A stretch of DNA of 64,000 nucleotides from an uncultured Leptospirales bacterium (GCA_964512685.1 CAZEJW010000004.1:3398-67397); one strand, 5' to 3'. Shown: positions 27,310-35,612, numbered from the stretch's first letter. Notes: generated from the letters alone by a model not told the origin. A program made the numbers and translations.

Positions 27310-27978
27310 GAATTTTCCTATGAAGAAGTTATTTCTTTATAGTTGGAAAGATAACATATATTATCTCAGTTTTTTTATGACATTTCCCATTCCCGTTGTT
27401 TGGAGTGGAGGAAATTGATTCAATATTAAACAAGATTAAGATGAGGAACAGTTTATAGAGCAGAAGTTTTTTTCAGACTGTAGGAAATCTGGGTGTAGGT
27501 TCCGGGGGGAAATTATTTTCTGTTGTAATAATTTTATGAATGCCAGACTTAACAGGTTTTGGTTTTGTATCGATATTTTATTTTTAGTACAATATTTATT
27601 TTCTTTGTTTAAGAAGAAATTGTCTTAAAGAAAATTTCTTTTACGTTCAAGACAAAATTGACAGGATTTATTTTTTATACAGTTATTGACTTATCATATG
27701 ATATATATATTTATTGAAACAACAAAGAAGCAGAAATTATGAATTACTGTTATTGTTATAAATTCTTACAGATACAGTGAGATCGAAAACCTTGAACAAG
27801 GGAATCTCGGTAAATTAATGTTTTCACTTTCCCTTCTGGGTATAACCTCAGATGAAATTATGAGTTTTTATCTGTAATCTTTAGAGGTACCCATGATTTT
27901 GTAAGTTAAGCTTATATACTATTTCTAAATTGTCCTGATAATATATGATCAGGTTTTACGATCTCCCTCAATTATCCT

Positions 27979-28023
27979 CCCAGGAATCCCTCCATGCCAG
28001 TGGAGGGATCTGGGATTTTTTTT
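27979..28023 (+). terminator. strong intrinsic terminator with no annotated gene upstream
   Basis: Stem cccag(ga)atccctcca - tgccag - tggagggat ctggg, followed by 'attttttttg'. It is + strand specific. Confidence 0.8.
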
Positions 28024-28080
28024 GCCAATTTATAAAGAAGTAATTCAATATTTTTATTCGTATTTATTCCAAACATATTC

Positions 28081-28157
28081 AGTATTTTTTCCTAAAAATA
28101 CTTTTTGGCGCAAATGAAAGAATATAATTATCACCGCCGGTGATAATAGAGTTTTTT
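28081..28157 (+). terminator. two further hairpin plus T-run elements
   Basis: Both read directly. First: agtattttt/aaaaatact at 28081-28102, then tttt. Second: a 21-bp palindrome attatcacc-gcc-ggtgataat at 28127-28147, then tttttt at 28152-28157. The second could equally be a protein-binding palindrome. Confidence 0.45.
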
Positions 28158-28167
28158 CTTCTGCAAC

Positions 28168-28374
28168 AAAGTTTAGGAATAAACACTGAAACTTGTTCAT
28201 TTTAGTGCAAAAAAAGTTTTAAGTAAACTCTGTTTTTTTATTGTAAATATTATGCATGGTAATTATCACGCCTTTTATTATAAAAAATATGAATTTCAGC
28301 ATATATTCTTAAAAATTTTTTTTGTATATACAGAGAATATTTAAACTCTAATAAAGTTTAGGAATAATCGCTGA
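28168..28374 (+). repeat. direct repeat 'AAAGTTTAGGAATAA.C.CTGA' (28168-28189 and 28353-28374)
   Basis: 15 identical nt plus a conserved tail, 185 bp apart. The second copy ends 26 nt before the ankyrin gene ATG. Confidence 0.75.
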
Positions 28375-28399
28375 CGAAAAAAATAAAAGAGGCCAAACA

Positions 28400-29227
28400 A
28401 TGAAAAGAATAAGTATTGTTTTGATTTCGTTAGTTTTGTTTTATTCATCTCTTCTTATTGCAGGCGAATCGTCCGGAAAAGTAACAAACCTCAACATGGA
28501 ATTGATTGAAGCTGTAAAAAAATCCGATTTGCCGGCAGTAAAAAAGTTAATCCGGAAAGGAGCGGATGTCAACAGCACAGATAAGACAGTTAAAGAAGAG
28601 GGGGATTTCGTTCAGCCAACTGCTTTAACTATTGCACTTCTCAGAAACGATACCAGGATGGCTCGTTATCTGCTTTCCAGAAAAGGCAAGTGGAGATATG
28701 ATACTTTACATAACTGTGCAATGAAAGGCTATATCAATGGCGTTAAACTTCTCGTTAAAGCCGGAGCGGATTATAACCGTTGTGATCTTGGTGGTGATCT
28801 TCCGGTAACTTATGCGGCCGACAATGGGCATGTTGAGATTGTAAAATATCTTTTATCATTAAAATCATCAACAGGTATGAATAGCCCTGAGCAATTGATG
28901 CTGAAAGCAAAAAACAATGCATTACAAAAGTATGGGATTGTCTATTCCGTAAAGGGAAAGTTTACAGGAGGAGAAAGATTATTTGAAAACGAATTTATAC
29001 TTCATTTTAAATCCGGAAGGAAAAAAATAAATTTTATAACTGATAATTTTAAAGGTGATCTTGGAAATTATGTTTTTTTTACTGAAAAGGATGGCGGATT
29101 TCTGTTTAATAAAAGACTCAGGTCAAATAATTTTACAGTCACGTATGGAGAAAAAAAGGCTGTTGATGAAAATACCGGAATTGAAAAGAAAGTAAAAAGG
29201 ATTATCAATGTAGAGCTTACCAGGTAG
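28400..29227 (+). CDS. secreted ankyrin-repeat protein with a non-ankyrin C-terminal domain
   Basis: 275 aa with a signal peptide. Repeats 'LIEAVKKSDLPAVKKLIRKGADVN' and 'AADNGHVEIVKYLLS'. Confidence 0.8.
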   Translation: MKRISIVLISLVLFYSSLLIAGESSGKVTNLNMELIEAVKKSDLPAVKKLIRKGADVNSTDKTVKEEGDFVQPTALTIALLRNDTRMARYLLSRKGKWRYDTLHNCAMKGYINGVKLLVKAGADYNRCDLGGDLPVTYAADNGHVEIVKYLLSLKSSTGMNSPEQLMLKAKNNALQKYGIVYSVKGKFTGGERLFENEFILHFKSGRKKINFITDNFKGDLGNYVFFTEKDGGFLFNKRLRSNNFTVTYGEKKAVDENTGIEKKVKRIINVELTR

Positions 29228-29338
29228 TTAGATTTTGAAGCACATCTTTTTTATAACATATATATTATGCAGCCTTTCTTGATGTATAATATATATGTTG
29301 CCATATTTCTATAAGGGCTTTTTGAAAAATACGTTTGA

Positions 29339-29704
29339 TTATGTTATTGTTTCAATCAGTGGTTTTATATCGAACACTTCTACAGGCTTATTTAAGAAAG
29401 ACAAATGCCTGATTCCTGCCATCCGGTCAATAAATTCTTCTCTGGAGTATCCTGTCATAAAAATAATTGGTATCTTTTCTTTTGATTGAATTTTAATGGC
29501 AGCATCTATACCGTCAATTTCACCTGCAAGGCATATGTCCATAAGTATCACATCAGGAAGAGTTTCAGCAGATGTTATCACTGCTTCTTCTCCGGTTGTA
29601 ACAATGGCGCATACTTCATAGAACTCGAGTTCAAGCTCCAGTTTGAGATATTCTGCAATCAGCACTTCATCCTCAACTATCATTATCCGGATTTTTCGGG
29701 TCAT
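29339..29704 (-). CDS. single-domain response regulator (CheY-like receiver)
   Basis: 121 aa. 'IMIVEDE' and 'DVILMDICL'. 1-nt gap after the kinase gene. Confidence 0.88.
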   Translation of the reverse strand: MTRKIRIMIVEDEVLIAEYLKLELELEFYEVCAIVTTGEEAVITSAETLPDVILMDICLAGEIDGIDAAIKIQSKEKIPIIFMTGYSREEFIDRMAGIRHLSFLNKPVEVFDIKPLIETIT

Positions 29705-29705
29705 C

Positions 29706-31577
29706 TTAGATCCTCGTTATGTGATTATAATCATCAATTTCAATATGCCATTTCAGTCCCCGGTTTGTGCTGTAGTCAATTTTCCCCTTGAGTTGATATT
29801 CAATAATAGAAAATACGTTCTGCAGACCAACTGTTTTACAGTTTCTAAGGTTAAAGCCGACCGGTATACCTACACCAGTATCAGAAAAATCAATAATTAT
29901 CAATTCATTTTCTTTATACATACTGATAGATACTTTTGCTTCTTTCTTTTCCGGAAAGGCGTATTTTATACTGTTGGTAAACAATTCATTTAGTACAAGT
30001 CCAAGTGGAATTGCAGTGTCGATTGTAACAGGTATTTTTTCGAGGGAGAGATTTAATGAGATAGGAAATCCTGTATTGTAGCTTTTAATCAGTAGATTGG
30101 AGAAATCCGAGATGTATTCATCAAGAAAAATCTCTGATAGATTTTGTGATTCATATAGTTTTACATGGACAAGAGCCATAGCCTTTATTCTCGATACGAT
30201 ATCCCTGAATGCATTTTTTATAAATTCACTGTCACTGCGTCTTGCCTGCATAAGCAGCATGGATGATATTACCTGCATGTTGTTTTTTGTCCTGTGATAC
30301 AGTTCCTTGATAAGTGTGTTCTTCTCATTTATGCTTTGTTGTAGTTTCTTTTCTGTATGGATTCTGTCTGTAATGTCATGGATTGTTCCATCAGAAATAA
30401 GTATCTCACCAGAATTATTTATTTTGTTTTGACATGTTTCGAAAACGTATCTTGTTGATTCAGAATTTTTAGAAATAATTCGGTGTTCGATTTCATACGT
30501 TGGCATTTTTTTTTCAATAGATTCAGAAAATGCTCTGTTGACGTCATCAACATCTTCAGGGTGAACAAGTGTTAGGAATTTATCATATGATGGTATAAAC
30601 TGACCAGGTTCAAAACCGAATATCCTGTAAGTTTCATCAGACCAGATTAGCAGATTTGTTCTATGATCAAGTTCCCAGTAACCGAGGTGTGCAATGCTCT
30701 GTGATCTATTGAGGCGCTCTTCGTTTTTACGTATAACCATTTCCTGCTGCTTTAATTTTATTTGAATTCTGGACATAACAACACCAAAAATGATAAAGAT
30801 CAAAAGGAAAAGATTCCGCGAAAATAAGGAGGCAGGGGGAATGTTGGAAAACATCAGGTCAAGCAATGTGGATTCATTATTATAAAAGACAAGATAATCC
30901 ATAATAGAATGAATGATCCATAAAAAGCAGGCCGTAAGGATTGATATATTGATAAAATATGTTGTATTCCTGTAATCTTCTGTTTTATCCATCATAAAAA
31001 AAATTCGCGCAGGTTTTACATATGTCAGAAGGTCACATATCAGTAAAAGAATGTATGCGGTTATTATGTGTTTTATTACGACAAAGTTGACCCATGATAT
31101 TGCAACATAATTATTGATGAGATCAGGGAACCATGGTGGGGGATTTAATGATACAAGCCATCTGAAAACCAAATAAAAACCACTTGCACTGAAAATCCTG
31201 AAAGGGATCTCAACAATATACATATTGTATATATTTTTGATTTTATGACTTCTCCTGTAATCAGACCAGAATCCATGCCATACGATCCACAGTGTGTATA
31301 CTGGAACAGAAAAAATTATTCCATAACCATCTGTTTCCCACAACCACCACATAGTCTGGCAGCCACCGGCTAATGCGGAAATCAGTCCGTATTTCCATCC
31401 CCAGTGGATTGTTATTGTCAGGGGAAACAGCAGCCCAAACAGAATGTTGACCTGAAAGTCCTGAAACTGGATGAAACTTACAGAATAAAAATTTACCAGA
31501 AAGCCCGTTAATCCAAAAAAAACAGCTGATAGTATTTTTCTCAAAATGATTTTATCAAATTTTTTTGTTGTTATCAT
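29706..31577 (-). CDS. membrane sensor histidine kinase (multi-TM N-terminus, PAS, HisKA_2-type, HATPase)
   Basis: 623 aa. About 8 TM segments, PAS 'WELDHRTNLLIWSDETYRIFG', H-box 'HRTKNNMQVISSML', and 'NELFTNSIKYAF'. Confidence 0.85.
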   Translation of the reverse strand: MITTKKFDKIILRKILSAVFFGLTGFLVNFYSVSFIQFQDFQVNILFGLLFPLTITIHWGWKYGLISALAGGCQTMWWLWETDGYGIIFSVPVYTLWIVWHGFWSDYRRSHKIKNIYNMYIVEIPFRIFSASGFYLVFRWLVSLNPPPWFPDLINNYVAISWVNFVVIKHIITAYILLLICDLLTYVKPARIFFMMDKTEDYRNTTYFINISILTACFLWIIHSIMDYLVFYNNESTLLDLMFSNIPPASLFSRNLFLLIFIIFGVVMSRIQIKLKQQEMVIRKNEERLNRSQSIAHLGYWELDHRTNLLIWSDETYRIFGFEPGQFIPSYDKFLTLVHPEDVDDVNRAFSESIEKKMPTYEIEHRIISKNSESTRYVFETCQNKINNSGEILISDGTIHDITDRIHTEKKLQQSINEKNTLIKELYHRTKNNMQVISSMLLMQARRSDSEFIKNAFRDIVSRIKAMALVHVKLYESQNLSEIFLDEYISDFSNLLIKSYNTGFPISLNLSLEKIPVTIDTAIPLGLVLNELFTNSIKYAFPEKKEAKVSISMYKENELIIIDFSDTGVGIPVGFNLRNCKTVGLQNVFSIIEYQLKGKIDYSTNRGLKWHIEIDDYNHITRI

Positions 31578-31589
31578 AGCAGTCAGTTT

Positions 31590-31660
31590 TTTTTACAGAA
31601 ATTTTTTAATTTCTGTAAAAAGCTCAGGAATAAATACCGTTTTTAAAAACAGTATTTATT
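31590..31660. promoter_or_regulatory. two adjacent palindromes in the divergent HK/SDR intergenic region
   Basis: The first is a 14-bp stem at 31590-31621 (ttacagaaatt-tttt-aatttctgtaa plus flanking T/A). The second is a 32-nt near-perfect palindrome at 31629-31660 (aataaataccgttttt|aaaaacagtatttatt, 15/16). Confidence 0.5.
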
Positions 31661-31917
31661 GTATTATAGCCTTAATCTGAATTCAGGTAAAGGTTATTTT
31701 AATTCTGATATCAAATATCGAATCAAGAAAATAATCTCTGCATTGATAAATAACTGCTTGCATTATGATGATTAAATTTGTATAATCGTCTTTGCCTATG
31801 TGTAGAAGAGTTTTCTGAATTCAATATATTTACCTTTCTATATATATCTTCCCTTTGTGTCTTATAAACATTTCATTGATTGAAGTCTTAATAAAATTTT
31901 TTAGTGGCGGAGATAAT

Positions 31918-32736
31918 ATGAAAAAAGAAATTACAGTCATAAGCGGGTGTGACAGCGGTATTGGCAGGGCAGTAGCTGAATTACTTGTTTCAAAAGGCGA
32001 AACTGTGGTAGTATCCTATCTTAGAGACAATCCTTTTATTTCGTGTAATAATTGTTTTTCATATAAGATGGATTTTATGGTAAAAAGCGATATTACAAAA
32101 TTTATCAAAAATGTGAATGCCCTTTGTTCAAAGGACTATTCAATAAAATGTCTTTTCAATAATGCAGGTACAGCCACTGGTGGCCCAATAGAGGATTTAG
32201 ATATGTCTGTTTATATGGATGTTTTCAGAATAAATTTTTTTGCACATATCGAAATAATCCAGGGTTTCATCCCCATATTAAAAAAATCCAGGGGGTTGAT
32301 TATTAATAATGGTTCAATGGCAGGCAGGGTTGCTCCCCCCTTTATGTCCCCATATGCATCATCAAAATATGCAATGGAAGGTTTTACTGATTCTCTCAGA
32401 CGTGAGATGAAACCGTTCGGAATAAGAACTGTTCTGCTTGAGCCGGCAAGTGTTGCAACCCCAATCTGGAACAATGCCAAGGAGGTGGACAGATCGTTCG
32501 TAAGTGATGTTTATAGGGAATCAGTAAACGAATTTATGGAGACATTTGTTGAGTCCGGAAATTATGGGCTTTCTCCTGATGTTGCAGCACAGAGAATATA
32601 CAACATTATGCAAAAAAAGAATCCGGCGCCACGTTATATTATTTCAAAAAAATGGCTTCTGTCATATCTTCAAACCATGGCTCCAGACAGGCTTATGGAT
32701 TATATTGCCCAAAAAGTGTGCAGTGTGAATTACTGA
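31918..32736 (+). CDS. short-chain dehydrogenase/reductase (SDR)
   Basis: Start at ATG 31918. 'VISGCDSGIGRAVA' (TGxxxGxG-type), 'NNAG' and 'YASSKYAMEG' (YxxxK). Confidence 0.88.
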   Translation: MKKEITVISGCDSGIGRAVAELLVSKGETVVVSYLRDNPFISCNNCFSYKMDFMVKSDITKFIKNVNALCSKDYSIKCLFNNAGTATGGPIEDLDMSVYMDVFRINFFAHIEIIQGFIPILKKSRGLIINNGSMAGRVAPPFMSPYASSKYAMEGFTDSLRREMKPFGIRTVLLEPASVATPIWNNAKEVDRSFVSDVYRESVNEFMETFVESGNYGLSPDVAAQRIYNIMQKKNPAPRYIISKKWLLSYLQTMAPDRLMDYIAQKVCSVNY

Positions 32737-32756
32737 TCCATAGTATTATAATCAAA

Positions 32757-35243
32757 ATGACAGAAATAAGAAACCATATGCTGACTTTTATCCATAATTA
32801 CAAAAAAACGGCTATTGTATATGGAGATAGCACTGTATCCTATTCTGAATTAATAAGGATAATAAAATCCTATACTGGTTTGTTTATTTTACAGAAAGGT
32901 GAAAGGGGAGCTATCTTCTCAGAGAACAGACCCGAATGGATTTATTCATTATACTCTATATGGCTTAACAAGGGAATTGCAGTACCTTTGGATTATAGCC
33001 TTCCAAAAAAAGAATTGCTGAAGATTATTGAAGATTCAAAACCATCTTTTTTTTTCTGTTCCCGCTCTGAAGAAGATAATCTCAGAAATTTGCTTGTTGC
33101 TGCCGGGCTCAATTCCAGTGTAATTATTTTTGAAGATATAATCATATCAGATAATGAAGTTGCTGCTGAAGATATAATAATTGATTATTCTGATGAAACC
33201 GCACTTCTCATGTATACCTCGGGAACCACAGGTGAACCAAAAGGAGTAATGTTATCATATGATAATATTATGACAAGTATAAGGGGAATCTATGACCTTC
33301 GTATGATAACTGAAAATGATAGAATGGTTGCATTGCTTCCTTTTTATCATATTTTTCCTCTTCAGGGGGGAGTAACGGCCCCTCTTTACGCCGGAGTTAC
33401 CATACATTTTATTAAAACACTTCAGGCAAATGAAATACTAAAAGTTTTAAAGAAATACCGTATAACCATGTTTTTGGGTGTGCCCCGAATTTATGAGATG
33501 TTTCATTCTGCAATTATAGAAAAAATAAACCGATCTGTGACTCTGAGAATAATACAGAAATTATTGCGGAAATCAGGACTTCGTATGCCAGGCAGGATAA
33601 TTTTTTTTATGATTCACAGAGCTTTTGGAGGTCATATTCATTCATACCTGACAGGTGGAGCTGCTATCGATCCTGATGTAATGAAAGATCTTGTATCTCT
33701 TGGTTTTCGTATAGTTGAAGGTTATGGGGCAACTGAGGCAGGACCCCTAATTGCATTCAATCCCTTTTCAAAAGTAAAGCCTGGATCTGTTGGCCTCCCC
33801 ATGCCCGGCACTGAAGTGCAAATAAGGAATGGAGAAATAGTGGCCAGAGGTAAAAATATCATGAAGGGATATTATGGCAGGCCTGATTATACTGAAAATG
33901 TAATGAAACACGGATGGTATCATACCGGTGATTCAGGATATTTCGATAAAGACAGGTATCTTTATATTACCGGAAGAATTGATGAAGTGATTATTCTTTC
34001 AAATGGCAAGAAGCTGTTTCCTGCAAGTATTGAAAAGTCTTTAATAGAAATAACGTCATTGATAAAAGAAGCTGGAGTTGTGCTCTATGATAATATTTTA
34101 ACCGCTGTACTGAATCCAGATTATACGGCATTTGATACTGATAAAGAAGATGAAATCGAAGAAGAAATAAAAATACAGGTCGTTGATAAATATAATTCTT
34201 CAGTCCCGGATTATCTTAAAATCAGAAGATTCAAAATTACGGTAAGTGAACTTCCAAGAACAAGGCTTGGAAAACTGAAGAGATATCTTTTATCTGACCT
34301 TGTAATCCCAAAAACAATCTCTCGAACTTTAGATGATGAACCGGATTACATCGAATACAGGCTTATCCGTGATTATCTTAAAAAGCTTAAAAGCAGGGAA
34401 GTCTTTTATAACAACAGATTTGATTTCGATCTTGCTCTTGATTCTCTTGATATGGTTGAGCTAATATCATATATCGAGAGTGTTTTTGGTGTAAAGATTG
34501 CCCCGGAATATTTGGCTAAATATTCAACCCCAAAATCTCTCGCTGAATTGATAAGAATGAGTAAGACAAGGATTAAGAATGCAGATATTGATTGGAGAAA
34601 AATACTAATAGATGAAAACAAAGAGAGCCTGGCGGGAAAACGGCTGGGGGTCAGGCTTACACACCTGGCGCTTGACAGGGTAGTCAGCAGGTATTTTAAT
34701 CTTGAGGTATCCGGAATAGCTGACATGCCAAAACAGCCTTTTATTATTGTTCCTAATCATCAAAGTTATATTGATGTTCCTTTAATTGGGTCTGCAATGC
34801 CTCTTGAAACAGTGAGAAATACATTCTTCATCGTTAAACAGAGTCGCATAATGTCAAAGTTTGTTGCCATGTTCACCCTCAACAGAAATATTATTGTTGT
34901 CGATGCAGAGAAAAATGTCAGAGAGTCGATGCAGAAAGCAGCAGCTGTTCTTCTTGCAGGGAAAAATATCATGATTTTCCCCGAAGGGATAAGAACCCGT
35001 GATGGGAAAATACAGCCATTCAGAAAATCCTTTGCAATTCTTGGCAGTGTGCTTTCTGTTCCAATCGTTCCTGTTGCTGTTACAGGCGCATATGAATCAA
35101 TGCCTCCCGGAGCTGTTTTCCCGGGAAAAGGGAGTGTAAAAATTCATTTTGCTCCTCCGATTTATCCTGAAGAAAAGAATGTGGATGATATAGTTGATGA
35201 GACTATGGATATAATTAAAGCTTTGATGTCTTCCGGAAACTAA
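32757..35243 (+). CDS. tri-domain acyl-AMP ligase / carrier (PP-binding) / lysophospholipid acyltransferase fusion
   Basis: Start at ATG 32757. 'LMYTSGTTGEPKGV' and 'GYGATEAG' (AMP-binding), 'LDSLDMVELISYIE' (phosphopantetheine Ser), 'NHQSYIDV' (HX4D) and 'FPEGIRTRDG' (LPLAT motifs). Confidence 0.85.
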   Translation: MTEIRNHMLTFIHNYKKTAIVYGDSTVSYSELIRIIKSYTGLFILQKGERGAIFSENRPEWIYSLYSIWLNKGIAVPLDYSLPKKELLKIIEDSKPSFFFCSRSEEDNLRNLLVAAGLNSSVIIFEDIIISDNEVAAEDIIIDYSDETALLMYTSGTTGEPKGVMLSYDNIMTSIRGIYDLRMITENDRMVALLPFYHIFPLQGGVTAPLYAGVTIHFIKTLQANEILKVLKKYRITMFLGVPRIYEMFHSAIIEKINRSVTLRIIQKLLRKSGLRMPGRIIFFMIHRAFGGHIHSYLTGGAAIDPDVMKDLVSLGFRIVEGYGATEAGPLIAFNPFSKVKPGSVGLPMPGTEVQIRNGEIVARGKNIMKGYYGRPDYTENVMKHGWYHTGDSGYFDKDRYLYITGRIDEVIILSNGKKLFPASIEKSLIEITSLIKEAGVVLYDNILTAVLNPDYTAFDTDKEDEIEEEIKIQVVDKYNSSVPDYLKIRRFKITVSELPRTRLGKLKRYLLSDLVIPKTISRTLDDEPDYIEYRLIRDYLKKLKSREVFYNNRFDFDLALDSLDMVELISYIESVFGVKIAPEYLAKYSTPKSLAELIRMSKTRIKNADIDWRKILIDENKESLAGKRLGVRLTHLALDRVVSRYFNLEVSGIADMPKQPFIIVPNHQSYIDVPLIGSAMPLETVRNTFFIVKQSRIMSKFVAMFTLNRNIIVVDAEKNVRESMQKAAAVLLAGKNIMIFPEGIRTRDGKIQPFRKSFAILGSVLSVPIVPVAVTGAYESMPPGAVFPGKGSVKIHFAPPIYPEEKNVDDIVDETMDIIKALMSSGN

Positions 35244-35408
35244 AAGTTGTGTCTGTACTATCGAAGAATTCAGATGATATAAGATTTGCCAGAGATATTA
35301 TTTTCAGACGTTAGTAGAGATATGTAATAAAATGGGGGTAATAAAAAGGGACATGATCCATAATCAGAATCATATCCCTCAGAATTGTCGTTAAAAAATT
35401 CTGTATGG

Positions 35409-35612
35409 TCAGATAATGGTTTTAACGTTTATTGCTCTTGAACCCTTGTCGGATTCTTCAATTTCGAATTCAACCCTGTCACCTTCATAAAGGACTTTGA
35501 AGCCTGAGCCTTCAATCCCTGTGTGATGAACAAATACATCTTTTCCTTCGTCTCTGGAAATAAAGCCAAAGCCCTTTTTGTCGTTAAACCATTTAACTGT
35601 TCCTGTTTGCAT
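35409..35612 (-). CDS. cold-shock protein (CspA family)
   Basis: 67 aa. '[15 protein letters not shown]' (RNP1) and 'VFVHH' (RNP2). Confidence 0.95.
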   Translation of the reverse strand: MQTGTVKWFNDKKGFGFISRDEGKDVFVHHTGIEGSGFKVLYEGDRVEFEIEESDKGSRAINVKTII

